A DNA stretch of 64,000 nucleotides, taken from IMG/VR virus record IMGVR_UViG_3300035208_006553, positions 1 to 64,000 of that record; one strand, written 5' to 3'. Positions within the stretch are counted from its first letter, which is position 1. The number at the start of each line of letters is the position of its first letter. Under the pieces are notes generated by a model, which saw nothing but the letters and a program-made list of their open reading frames with translations, ran no database searches and had not been told where the DNA came from. Shown here one piece after another: positions 39,815 to 49,517 of this stretch. This stretch comes from a virus. Taxonomy: Duplodnaviria; Caudoviricetes. The translations under genes were made by a program, and so were the position numbers.

Positions 39815-40024
39815 ATGAGCAGATACGATTCTGAATTATTACTAAAAGGAAAAGTAATTAATAAATGCAGTTGTGGAGAGAAAGCTCAACCAGGAAAGAC
39901 CGTAGATGCTACTTTTTACAAAACTAAAAGTTTTCATATGTGGTGTTTTTGTGGAAAGCGTACAAAAGATACACTGACATTAGACGAAGCAATAAAAAAA
40001 TGGAATGAAGGAGATTTTGAATGA
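39815..40024 (+). CDS. Small Zn-ribbon protein (Lar-like)
   Basis: CSCG...CFCG...EAIKKWN. Confidence 0.55.
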   Translation: MSRYDSELLLKGKVINKCSCGEKAQPGKTVDATFYKTKSFHMWCFCGKRTKDTLTLDEAIKKWNEGDFE

Positions 40025-40752
40025 AAAAAGCGATTGTGATACTTTCAGGAGGTCTTGATTCGAGTACATGTCTATACATAGCAAAAGACCAGGGATATGA
40101 TTTATATGCTGTTACTTTTGCTTATCATCAACGCCATTTTATAGAAATTGAGTGTGCAAAGAAAATAGCAATAGCAGCCGGTGTTAAAGAGCATCGAATT
40201 ATTGAATTACCTACTCCTAAAGGTACAGCTTTAACTGAAAATAGTAATATAAAAGTACCTAAAGGTAGAAATTTAGAAGAGTTATCTATTGAAGTACCTC
40301 CCACTTATGTACCCGCTCGTAATACACTTTTTATTGCTTATGCTCTTCAGTATGCAGAAGAGGTAGAAGCAGAGGTTATTTTTACAGGTATAACCGCGGT
40401 AGATTCCAGTCCATATCCCGACACAAGACCAGAGTATATTGATGCTTGGCAAAAATTAATTAATAAAGCAACCAAACAGACAGTTACAGGTCATAGTATT
40501 AGATTAGAAACTCCTCTTCTTCATTTATATAAATCTGAAACTATAGAAATTGGAATGAACTTAGGTGTTCCTTACGAACTTACCTGGTCGTGTTACTCTC
40601 CGATTTATAATAGCGAAACTGAAAAGGATGAATATTGTTTGTCTTGTGATACATGCACATTACGAAATAAATCTTTTATAGAAGCTGGATATAGAGATCC
40701 TGGAGTAAGTGAAGAGAGATGGGGCGAAGTTGTAAAAAATTGGAATCATTAA
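40021..40752 (+). CDS. queC: 7-cyano-7-deazaguanine synthase
   Basis: SGGLDS PP-loop, Y.QRH, TYVPARN, YPDTR, TWSCY, C..CDTC. Confidence 0.95.
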   Translation: MKKAIVILSGGLDSSTCLYIAKDQGYDLYAVTFAYHQRHFIEIECAKKIAIAAGVKEHRIIELPTPKGTALTENSNIKVPKGRNLEELSIEVPPTYVPARNTLFIAYALQYAEEVEAEVIFTGITAVDSSPYPDTRPEYIDAWQKLINKATKQTVTGHSIRLETPLLHLYKSETIEIGMNLGVPYELTWSCYSPIYNSETEKDEYCLSCDTCTLRNKSFIEAGYRDPGVSEERWGEVVKNWNH

Positions 40753-40753
40753 T

Positions 40754-41398
40754 ATGTGCGGGATAACCGGGTGTATAGTTCGAGATAACAAAGAATATGC
40801 TTCTATAGTATACTCAAAACTTGTAAGGAATTCAGATATAAGAGGACAAGATGGAACTGGTATAACTCTTTTAAGAAATGGAGAATTTAAAACTTTAAAG
40901 TGGTGCGAAAGAGCCAAGGACATACCTTTTTTTATTTCTTTAGATATTGGAGATAAGATTGTAGGACAGAATAGATATGCAATTTTTGGATTAGATCATA
41001 CAGATGACCAGCCCCTTATAAATGACTATTTTGCATTAGTACATAACGGTGTTTTGTATAATTATGAGGAACAGTTCAAAGAGTCAGGTTTTAGAAGAGA
41101 GTTAAAAGTTGATACTGAATTAATTTTAAGGTATTTAGAACATTATTTTCTTCCCTATGATCCTATTAACAGTATTAAGAAAGTAATGGAAGGTTTTGAA
41201 GGAGAGGGAGCTTGTTTAGTATTGACTACAACTACAGTTCCTTTTTTGGCTTTTATGAAGAATAAAATTTTGTATTCAGGACAAGATATGTATGGCAATA
41301 CTTATTTCTTTTCTACAATGTATATTAAAAATAAAATACCTGAAATTTGTGAAAATATAAGAGAATTTGAAAACGGTGATGTTGAAGTAATTTATTAG
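40754..41398 (+). CDS. Class II (Ntn) glutamine amidotransferase, stand-alone
   Basis: N-terminal MCGI, RG.DGTG, GQNRYA, QP, VHNG, VDTE. Confidence 0.88.
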   Translation: MCGITGCIVRDNKEYASIVYSKLVRNSDIRGQDGTGITLLRNGEFKTLKWCERAKDIPFFISLDIGDKIVGQNRYAIFGLDHTDDQPLINDYFALVHNGVLYNYEEQFKESGFRRELKVDTELILRYLEHYFLPYDPINSIKKVMEGFEGEGACLVLTTTTVPFLAFMKNKILYSGQDMYGNTYFFSTMYIKNKIPEICENIREFENGDVEVIY

Positions 41399-41588
41399 AG
41401 GTACAAATGTTAAGTACAATACTATGTAAATTTGGTTTGCATAAATGGGAGATTGATACAAATTTACAATATCTTGTTGATTCTAAAGTATTGAAACTAG
41501 CTGAACATTGTAGTAGAAAAAATTGTACTTATTCTAGATTTAAATGAATAGAAACACCAAAGCATATTAAAGTTTTTAAGGAAAATTG

Positions 41589-41903
41589 ATGATTAATTTA
41601 TTTTTTTTTTCAAAAAGAGAAAACTATATTTGCTATTTATGATTGTATTATTGCAATACCTGAAATAGACAGACTTGATTCTATTCTTGTTTCAAGCATC
41701 CCTAATATAAATTTTTTTGATGGAAATAGATTGATTGATAATTTAGATAATTATAGAGATCTTCCAGAAGAATCAGGAATTTATAAATGTAAAATAACAG
41801 GAAATAGTTTTCAATGTAATCACTCTGAAGATCCCACGGAGTGGGATATGTCAATTATTGCATCTGATTTTGTTAAAATAGAGTTATTAAATAAGGAGAA
41901 TTA
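41589..41903 (+). pseudogene. ~104-codon ORF frameshifted in a T10 tract
   Basis: AAGGA + ATG 41589; removing one T at 41601-41610 gives MINLFFFQKEKTIFAIYDC...DPTEWDMS...NKEN, stopping immediately before ATG 41904. Confidence 0.6.
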
Positions 41904-42716
41904 ATGTTCCATAGTATATTATGTCCAGCTGCGTGTCTTGATCAATTTGCAATCCGTTCAAAGTTTCATTTAATATTACCTCATCTCTTAGACAAATTAC
42001 CTCAGTATAAAGAGTTTTATAAAGAGAGAGCAAAACAAGGAGATCATATACTTCTTGATAATTCTATATTTGAACATGGTTACAGTTTCGATTACAAGAA
42101 AATGATTAAGTATGCTGAAGAAATGGAATTAACTGAAATTTCAGCTCCCGAGGTGCTTAAAGATAGAGAAGCATCTTTAGTGTTGAGAGAAGAGTTTTTG
42201 AATTATTATGTTAAAAGTGGAAGTAAAGTTAAAATTTTAGCTGTAGCTCAAGGTAAAAATCTTGAAGAGGTTGAAGAAAGTTATTTTGAGTTGTTAAGAA
42301 TACCGGAAATTACTACTCTTGGATTACCTTTTGATCTTGATGATCAGGGAGATTCTGCATATAGCGGTGGAGAGAGAATTAGAAGTTTGACTTTACGAAG
42401 AGTTGTAAATAGATGGGGTTTAGTTGATCGTATTAATGCAATATCATATTCTAAAGGTATTGAATTAAAGCCAACTCATTTAATGGGTTTAAGTGATGCT
42501 GTTGAATTGCAGAAATATAAAGATTTTCCTTGGATTAGATCTAATGATTCTTCAACAGCTTTTGTGCATGGTGTTAATCTTATTAAATATACTGATAGAG
42601 GGTTACCATGTGAAAAAATAAGTCAAAAATTAGATTTTGCAGGATGGAAGATTTTACATCCTCAACAAGTTGAATTTATAAATTATAATATAGATAAAAT
42701 ATTAAGCTGGATTTAA
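41904..42716 (+). CDS. tRNA-guanine transglycosylase-fold protein (DpdA-like base-exchange candidate)
   Basis: TIM-barrel motif order LLDNS.FE, APEV, AVAQG, LGLP, HLMGL, IRSNDSS parallels TGT (DSGG, D, QG, YLMG, FD); located in the que context. Confidence 0.65.
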   Translation: MFHSILCPAACLDQFAIRSKFHLILPHLLDKLPQYKEFYKERAKQGDHILLDNSIFEHGYSFDYKKMIKYAEEMELTEISAPEVLKDREASLVLREEFLNYYVKSGSKVKILAVAQGKNLEEVEESYFELLRIPEITTLGLPFDLDDQGDSAYSGGERIRSLTLRRVVNRWGLVDRINAISYSKGIELKPTHLMGLSDAVELQKYKDFPWIRSNDSSTAFVHGVNLIKYTDRGLPCEKISQKLDFAGWKILHPQQVEFINYNIDKILSWI

Positions 42717-42734
42717 TTATTTTATAAAGGAATT

Positions 42735-45362
42735 ATGTCTGAAATTAATTTCTTACCAAGTTTGCACGGCCAAAATTGTAATAAATGTAAATTATGTGAA
42801 GTACGAAAAAATATAGTACCTTCTTATTTACCATCTACTGCTCAAATACTTTTTTTAGCGGAGGCTCCGGGAGAATGTGAAGATGAAAAAGGTACAATGC
42901 CATTAATTGGAAATGCTGGTAAATTTTTAGATGAATGTATTCATATTGCAGGTTATGATAGAAACGATCCTGGATTTGCTTTTGCGAATGTCGTGCGTTG
43001 TAGGCCAGTATCTAACGAAGAAGGAAAAAAGAATAGACAGCCAAAAGATGGTGAAATTAAAGCATGTTCTGATTATTTAGATCGAGAAATAGCTTCTTTG
43101 AAAGATTTAAAAGTAATTATATGTTTAGGTAACGTTGCAAGTAATAGAGTATTAGGAAAACTAGGTGTTGGAATTACTCATTTAAGAGATCATATATGCT
43201 ATCATTCAAAATACAATGTCAATGTTGTTGTAACCTACCACCCTGCAGCACCTCTTCATGTCAACACTGTCCAAGAAAAGATAGGAATGAGGACAGCTAT
43301 TGTAGAAGATATTCAAAAAGTTGTAAAGTTATTAAGAGAAGAAAAAATACCTCTTCAGCATAAATCGTACGTATGTAACAATATGAGAAGGGTGAGATGG
43401 TTATTTGAACAACTTAATAAACAAGAAATAATTTCATGGGATACAGAAACAGATGCTCTAGACTACTTAGAAGCTAACATATTGTGTCATTCTTTTTCAT
43501 GGCAAGTTGGAACAGGTGTTGTTTTACCTCTTTTACAACAATACAGCAAACCATTTTGGAGTCCGGGAGAGTATGATGAAATTCAAAAATTAGTAAAAAG
43601 TGTTTTAGAGAATCCTAATATTAAAAAGATTGCTCAGAATGGTAAATTTGATATTCAGCAAGCGAGACATGCAGGAATCAATGTTCAGAATTTTTACGCA
43701 GACACTATGTTGCAACACTATTGTATAAATGAAAATATTGACCATGGGTTAAAAATGCTTGCATGGCTATATACTGATTACGGAGGTTACGAAGAGGAGT
43801 TAGATACAATAAGAGAAAAGTATGCAAAAGAAGCAGGTATTTCAAAGAAAGAAGCTTCTTTTAACATTATACCAAATGAAATTCTATGGAAATATTCAGG
43901 AATGGATCCCGATGTTACGCTTCAAATATATTATAAACTTTTACCTATTTTAGAAGCTGAAGGGACGATTAAAATATTTCAAGAATTGTATATGCCTTTT
44001 ACGAGATTTGTTGCTGATATGGAGTATGAAGGTATGAATGTGGATAAAGAATATTTAATTGAGACTCAGCAGAAGTTTAAAGAACGTATTAAAGGTCTAG
44101 AAGAACAAATTTATAGAAACAGAGACGTTAGAATTTATGTTGAAAGTAGAAAAAAGAAACATCGAGAGGAAAGAGCTGCTAAGTGGGATAAGTCCAAAAA
44201 TTTACAATCTAGATATAAGAATAGAGAAGAGTATTGCGAATTAAAAATTGAAGAAATTGCAGATTTTAATTATGGATCTGATAAGCAATTAAAAGAGTTA
44301 TTTATTGACCAATTGCAATTAAAAATAGGTAAGAGAACAAACGGAGGAGGCGCTTCTTTTGATAAAGAAGCTATGGAAGTTTATGCTAGAAAAGTACCTA
44401 TAGCTAAATTAATTGCCGATGCTAATAAGACTGCTAATTTATTAACAATTTTTTTGGACGGCATTTTAGATAGAATACGTACAGATGGAAGAGTTCATAC
44501 TTCTTTAAATTTACAAATTGCAGAGTCGGGAAGACTTTCAAGCAGCGGGCCCAATCTTCAAAATATTCCCAACCGTACAAATAACCCTACCGATGCAAAA
44601 CTGATAAGAGATATTTATATTGCTGATTCTCCAAATCATGTTATTATAGAATTTGACCAAAAGCAGTGCGAGTTTCGGACATGGTGCCAAATGTCTCAAG
44701 ATCCTGTTATGATTCAGGATTTAGCAAATGGGTTAGATATACATACTGATATAGCTTCTGAAGGGTTTAAAATACCAAAAGATCAAGTTACGAAAGAGAA
44801 GAGAGACGGAGCTAAAGGTGTCGTTTTTGGTAAAATGTATGGAAGAGGAAATAGATCAGTTGCTGATCAATTAGGTATTTCTATTAAAGAAGCTGAGAAA
44901 ATAGAAACTGCTTTATTTAGTAAATATAAAGTAGCATCAGCTTGGTTAAGACAGGTAGTTATTAAAGCAAGACATGATAAATATGTTGATAATTTATTTG
45001 GATTTAGAAGACATTTAAAGGGTTTAATAGATAGTTCTGATTCTGCTTTACGTTCAGCAGCTGAAAGGTTAGCCGTGAACGCTCCCATTCAAGGAGGAGC
45101 TTCTCAAATGGTATGTTATGCTATGTTAAAAGCAGATAAACTTTTTAAAGAAAATAATATTAGAGGACGTTTATTATTTCCTATTCACGATGCTATTTTA
45201 TTTAGCGTACATAAAGATGATATAAGAAGAGCAATACCTTTAATTGAAGAGAGTATGATACATCCTCACCCGCTTATAAATGTACCTTTGGGGATTGATG
45301 GGAAAATTGGGTATAGGTGGGGGTCAACTCAAACTGTTGAAGAGTATTTACAAACAAATTAA
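42735..45362 (+). CDS. polA: Family A DNA polymerase with N-terminal family-4 uracil-DNA-glycosylase domain and 3'-5' exonuclease
   Basis: CxxCxLC, AEAPG..ED, N.VRCRP..NR.P, TYHPAA (UDG4); DTET, NGKFD, Y...D (exo); SGRLSS..PNLQN, D..Q.E.R, R..AK...FG..YG, NAPIQG, IHDA. Confidence 0.95.
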   Translation: MSEINFLPSLHGQNCNKCKLCEVRKNIVPSYLPSTAQILFLAEAPGECEDEKGTMPLIGNAGKFLDECIHIAGYDRNDPGFAFANVVRCRPVSNEEGKKNRQPKDGEIKACSDYLDREIASLKDLKVIICLGNVASNRVLGKLGVGITHLRDHICYHSKYNVNVVVTYHPAAPLHVNTVQEKIGMRTAIVEDIQKVVKLLREEKIPLQHKSYVCNNMRRVRWLFEQLNKQEIISWDTETDALDYLEANILCHSFSWQVGTGVVLPLLQQYSKPFWSPGEYDEIQKLVKSVLENPNIKKIAQNGKFDIQQARHAGINVQNFYADTMLQHYCINENIDHGLKMLAWLYTDYGGYEEELDTIREKYAKEAGISKKEASFNIIPNEILWKYSGMDPDVTLQIYYKLLPILEAEGTIKIFQELYMPFTRFVADMEYEGMNVDKEYLIETQQKFKERIKGLEEQIYRNRDVRIYVESRKKKHREERAAKWDKSKNLQSRYKNREEYCELKIEEIADFNYGSDKQLKELFIDQLQLKIGKRTNGGGASFDKEAMEVYARKVPIAKLIADANKTANLLTIFLDGILDRIRTDGRVHTSLNLQIAESGRLSSSGPNLQNIPNRTNNPTDAKLIRDIYIADSPNHVIIEFDQKQCEFRTWCQMSQDPVMIQDLANGLDIHTDIASEGFKIPKDQVTKEKRDGAKGVVFGKMYGRGNRSVADQLGISIKEAEKIETALFSKYKVASAWLRQVVIKARHDKYVDNLFGFRRHLKGLIDSSDSALRSAAERLAVNAPIQGGASQMVCYAMLKADKLFKENNIRGRLLFPIHDAILFSVHKDDIRRAIPLIEESMIHPHPLINVPLGIDGKIGYRWGSTQTVEEYLQTN

Positions 45363-45383
45363 AATAAAAGAAGGAGATGTAAA

Positions 45384-45842
45384 ATGACAAAAATTGGTGA
45401 GTTCGACGAACAAAGTATAATTCCTGGAATTAGCATAACCGGAAAAGATCAGAAACTTCCGTCTTTAGAGGGAGAGCTTACAGAAGAACAAAAAGTTATA
45501 AGAAAAAAGTTAATAGACAGCATACCTTATCCAGAAGAGTCTGCTGAGATTAAAAAAGAAGAAGAAATTCCAGAAGACATGTCTGAAGATGCTCTAGATC
45601 CTTTTAAAAAGATAAATATTACAGATTTAGGTAATAAAATAGTTAAAGCTGAAAACAAAGAAGAAGAAGTACATTACAATCAGGAAGAGTTAATTGAACT
45701 TGTTAAAATTAATGCTGGATTTTTTTACAGTTGCTATATTCAACATAAACCACGGGTAGACACCAGAATTGAAGATGAAGCAATAAAATATTTAATTAGT
45801 TTTTACAAAAAATTACTAACTAAGATAAATCAAGGAATATAG
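45384..45842 (+). CDS. Hypothetical acidic protein
   Basis: AAGGAG ribosome-binding site. Confidence 0.65.
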   Translation: MTKIGEFDEQSIIPGISITGKDQKLPSLEGELTEEQKVIRKKLIDSIPYPEESAEIKKEEEIPEDMSEDALDPFKKINITDLGNKIVKAENKEEEVHYNQEELIELVKINAGFFYSCYIQHKPRVDTRIEDEAIKYLISFYKKLLTKINQGI

Positions 45843-45843
45843 T

Positions 45844-47478
45844 ATGCGATCAAGGACTCTTTTATATGATTTAGAAGCAAGAACTAAATTAAAAGTCGGC
45901 ATGGATGCTTTATCTGAAATGGTAAAAGTAACTCTAGGTCCAAAAGGTAATAATGTAATTATAGAAAAAATATCAGGTTTTCCTCTTATTACCAAAGATG
46001 GTGTAACTGTGGCTAGAGAAATTTACCTCAGTGATCCTATTGAAAATATGGGAGCTCAAGTGTTAAAAGAAGTAGCTATGAAGACTAATGAAACTGCTGG
46101 AGATGGAACAACAACAGCAACAGTTCTTGCACACGCTTTTATTACAGAAGGTATTAAAAATTTAACTGCTGGTTCTAATCCTATGGATTTAAAGAGAGGT
46201 ATTGATATTGCAGTTAAACATGTTACAGATAGGTTAAAAGAGTTAAGTCGTCCAGTTACAGGTAAGGAAGATATAATAAGTGTAGCTTCCATTTCTGCAA
46301 ATAATGATAATCAAATAGGGAATGATATAGCTAATTCTATTGAAAAAGCAGGTAACGAAGGAATAGTTATCGTTGAAGATTCTAAAGATTCAGATACAAT
46401 TATTGAGGTATCTGAAGGAATGCAAATTGATAGAGGATATCAGCATCCTTATTTTATTAATAAAACTGTTACAATGGAAGTTGAGTTAAAAGGGACTTAT
46501 ATATTATTTTATAATGGAAAGTTACATCAAATGCACGATCTAGCAAGAATAGCTGAAGCTGTTATTCAAAAAGAAGCTGCATCTTTTTTAGTTATTGCTG
46601 ATGAATTTAGTCAAGAAGTTTTGCAATTGTTAGTAATGAATAAAATGAAAATGGGTAGACAATTTTGTGCTGTTATTTCACCCGGTTTTGGAGATCGTAA
46701 AGTAGACTTATTGAATGATATGGCTGCTTTAACTGGAGGTACTGTGTTTGGTGGGGATTTATCTTTACCCCTTGCTCGAGCAGATATATCTCAATTAGGT
46801 TACGCTGACAAAGTATTAGTTGATAAGAATAAAACAGTTATAGTTGGCGGCAAAGGTAAGTCTGAGAAAGTGAAAGAAAGAGTTGATCAAATAAGGATGT
46901 TACTTGACAATACTATCGTTGACTTCGATAAACAGAGATTACAAGAAAGGTTAGGTAAGTTAACCGGTGGTATAGTTGTCTTGCGAGTAGGCGCAATTAC
47001 AGAAACAGAGCTAAAAGAAAAGAAAATGAGAATAGAAGATGCTCTTCATGCTACACGAGCTGCTCTCGATGAAGGTATAGTACCTGGAGGAGGCGTAGCT
47101 TTAGTAAGAGCAAAAGAAATTATAAATAAGATTGATACTTCAAATTTAAGAGAGGATCAAAAAACCGGTATTAATATAGTAAAAAAAGCTTTAGATATTC
47201 CATTTTTAAGTATTTGCTCTAATGCAGGATTAACAGGAGAGGTAATTTTACAGGAAGTTATACAAGAAAATTTAGAATATGGATATGATTCCTTGAACGA
47301 TAAATATGGGAATATGTTTGAAATGGGAGTTATTGATCCAACTAAAGTTGTTAGGTTGGCTTTAGAAAATGCTGCTTCAATTGCTGGATTATTTCTTACT
47401 ACTAAAGGTGTTATTGCAGAATCAAAAGAAGAGAAGGAGTATATTGATAAATTAATGTCTCAAAGTCCTGCAAATTAG
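45844..47478 (+). CDS. groEL: Group I chaperonin
   Basis: VTLGPKG, ITKDGVTVA, GDGTTTAT, PGFGD, GIVPGGG, GVIDP. Confidence 0.97.
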   Translation: MRSRTLLYDLEARTKLKVGMDALSEMVKVTLGPKGNNVIIEKISGFPLITKDGVTVAREIYLSDPIENMGAQVLKEVAMKTNETAGDGTTTATVLAHAFITEGIKNLTAGSNPMDLKRGIDIAVKHVTDRLKELSRPVTGKEDIISVASISANNDNQIGNDIANSIEKAGNEGIVIVEDSKDSDTIIEVSEGMQIDRGYQHPYFINKTVTMEVELKGTYILFYNGKLHQMHDLARIAEAVIQKEAASFLVIADEFSQEVLQLLVMNKMKMGRQFCAVISPGFGDRKVDLLNDMAALTGGTVFGGDLSLPLARADISQLGYADKVLVDKNKTVIVGGKGKSEKVKERVDQIRMLLDNTIVDFDKQRLQERLGKLTGGIVVLRVGAITETELKEKKMRIEDALHATRAALDEGIVPGGGVALVRAKEIINKIDTSNLREDQKTGINIVKKALDIPFLSICSNAGLTGEVILQEVIQENLEYGYDSLNDKYGNMFEMGVIDPTKVVRLALENAASIAGLFLTTKGVIAESKEEKEYIDKLMSQSPAN

Positions 47479-47487
47479 AAAAAAGAA

Positions 47488-48282
47488 ATGGTACATGAAA
47501 TTATACAAACTTATTATAGAAATACTCAAATTTTAGATAAGTTAGCAATTTTTTTTAATAATAATTTATTGCAGCATACTGATTCTTTAAATTATCTTTT
47601 ACAAAGAGGTATAAGTAAAAAAGCAATTGAAGAGTTTAGAATAGGTTATGATATCAATGCTTTATCATTACAGACTTTTATTGAAAAGGAAAATATTTCT
47701 TTAGAAAGCTTATCGGAAATAGGTGTATTAACTAAAAACGAAGATAATTCTTATTATGATAGATTTGCAGACCGTATTATATTTCCAATTTTAGATATTA
47801 AAGGATTAGTTGCAAGTTTTAGTGGAAGGGTATGGCAGGAAAGTGACGAAAGAGCTAAGTATATCAATGGTAGTTTATCAAGTACTTATCAGAAATCTCT
47901 AACGTTATTTGGACTGTTTCAAGCTCTTTACGATATTCAAAAAAACAATTTAGTATTAGTAACAGAGGGAAACGTAGATGTGATAACTTGCCATGTAAAA
48001 GATATTAAAATAGCAGTAGCTACATGTGGGTCTGCCTTTACGAAAGAGCATTTTCAATTGCTTAAAATGTTTGTAAACAGGTTTATTTTTTGTTTTGATA
48101 ATGATGAAAGTGGTCGAAAATCTACAGAAAAAGTTAAGGGATTATTAAAAGATGAGAAAACTATAAAAGTAGGATATTTAAATATTGAAGGGGTAAAGGA
48201 TTTAGATTTATTTATTCAAGTTAATGGAGCAGCTAAATTAAAAGAGATTATTAAAGAATTCAGTAATGAGTTAGTGTTTTAA
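47488..48282 (+). CDS. dnaG: DNA primase catalytic core + TOPRIM, lacking the Zn domain
   Basis: YL..RG, YDRF..RIIFPI, FSGR, KYIN, EG..DV, FDND..G, KD.D. Confidence 0.9.
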   Translation: MVHEIIQTYYRNTQILDKLAIFFNNNLLQHTDSLNYLLQRGISKKAIEEFRIGYDINALSLQTFIEKENISLESLSEIGVLTKNEDNSYYDRFADRIIFPILDIKGLVASFSGRVWQESDERAKYINGSLSSTYQKSLTLFGLFQALYDIQKNNLVLVTEGNVDVITCHVKDIKIAVATCGSAFTKEHFQLLKMFVNRFIFCFDNDESGRKSTEKVKGLLKDEKTIKVGYLNIEGVKDLDLFIQVNGAAKLKEIIKEFSNELVF

Positions 48283-48291
48283 ATGTATAAT
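48282..48291 (+). promoter_or_regulatory. Candidate promoter (AATGTATAAT)
   Basis: Recurrent intergenic motif. Confidence 0.5.
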
Positions 48292-48307
48292 ACAACAAAA
48301 AAAAAGT

Positions 48308-48691
48308 ATGAGAATATTAATTTGTGGTGACAGAAATTGGAGTAATTTAAGTTTTCTTAAAAAGTTTATTGATTCAATACCTTTTGATAGTGTTGTAATT
48401 GAAGGAGAAGCTAGGGGTGTAGATCTTTTATCTAAAGCATATGCTAGAAAAAGAAATTTAGATGTAATACAGTTTCCTGCAAATTGGATGAAGTACGGTG
48501 CGGCTGCAGGACCTATTCGAAATTCGCAAATGCTAGAAGAAGGGTTACCTGATATTGTAACGGCTTTTCACTTTAATATTGCAGAATCAAAAAGTACAAA
48601 AAATATGTTAATTCAAGCTAAAAATAAAGGTGTTAAGACATATTTAAATCCTTCTTCATTTCAAGAATTAGAAAATTTTAAGTATGATTAA
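48308..48691 (+). CDS. SLOG-family (YspA/DUF2493-like) protein
   Basis: ILICGDRNW, EGEARGVD, FPANW..YG.AAGPIRN..M. Confidence 0.85.
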   Translation: MRILICGDRNWSNLSFLKKFIDSIPFDSVVIEGEARGVDLLSKAYARKRNLDVIQFPANWMKYGAAAGPIRNSQMLEEGLPDIVTAFHFNIAESKSTKNMLIQAKNKGVKTYLNPSSFQELENFKYD

Positions 48692-49517
48692 ACAAAAAAC
48701 AAGACATACTGATAAAAGCTTAATTAACTTTCCAGTAGTTTTTACACCTCTTATGATAACTAATCCTTTATATAGAGATGTTAAAGGTAATGCAGGTCAG
48801 GCTATTGTAAGAGTTGATACTAAGCGTATAATAACAATAGCTTCTGAGTATTATGAACCATTAACTCATATTGATAAAATTAATAATATGGAACAGGTTT
48901 TAAGAGATTTAGGTATAAATTTTGAATTGTTTGATATTAATATTGGAGGTGTATCTGGTAATAGAGTATTCCTTAATTACATACTTCCTACTTATAAGTT
49001 TGATGTTGAGGGTGACATTTTTGTACCATTTATACAAATTTACAGTGCTTATGATAGATACCTTTCAACTGGGTATTATTCAGGTTTATACAACACTTCG
49101 ACAACAAGTGCAGTTATTGTTAGAAAAGGTTTAAATTTAGTAAAACGTAAAGCATTATGGGGAAATGTGAAATTTAATGATAGTATGATAGATATTGGAG
49201 GATGGATTACTGAATTAGGAGCGGTGAGAAGAAAATTAAAGAAATTAAAACTTGACAAGAACGTCGATAATTCATCAAATATAGTAACTGCAATAATAGA
49301 AAAAAAGAAGCATCAATTGAATTTTTATAAAGCAAAAATCTTAGAAAGTTATATAGAAATATGTGATTTTTCAGAATATTCATTGTTAAATTCTTTGATG
49401 GATTACGTCACACACTATATGAATGATGAAAAAAAGAAACGTTCTTATGATAGAATACGACATGCTCAAATTTTAATTGGTGATAAATTTTTAAATTTAA
49501 AAGGGGGTTTAATGTGA
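48684..49517 (+). CDS. DUF932-like protein (divergent)
   Basis: AIVR.DT...S..Y....H, I.SAYD..S...GLY, YSL.N.L..Y.TH. Confidence 0.55.
   Translation: MIKQKTRHTDKSLINFPVVFTPLMITNPLYRDVKGNAGQAIVRVDTKRIITIASEYYEPLTHIDKINNMEQVLRDLGINFELFDINIGGVSGNRVFLNYILPTYKFDVEGDIFVPFIQIYSAYDRYLSTGYYSGLYNTSTTSAVIVRKGLNLVKRKALWGNVKFNDSMIDIGGWITELGAVRRKLKKLKLDKNVDNSSNIVTAIIEKKKHQLNFYKAKILESYIEICDFSEYSLLNSLMDYVTHYMNDEKKKRSYDRIRHAQILIGDKFLNLKGGLM

Noticed and set aside
41904-42716. Canonical tRNA-modifying Tgt (queuosine pathway)
   Set aside because: Too short, lacks DSGG and the Zn-binding site, no QueA/QueG in the window, and it lies next to the DNA polymerase.
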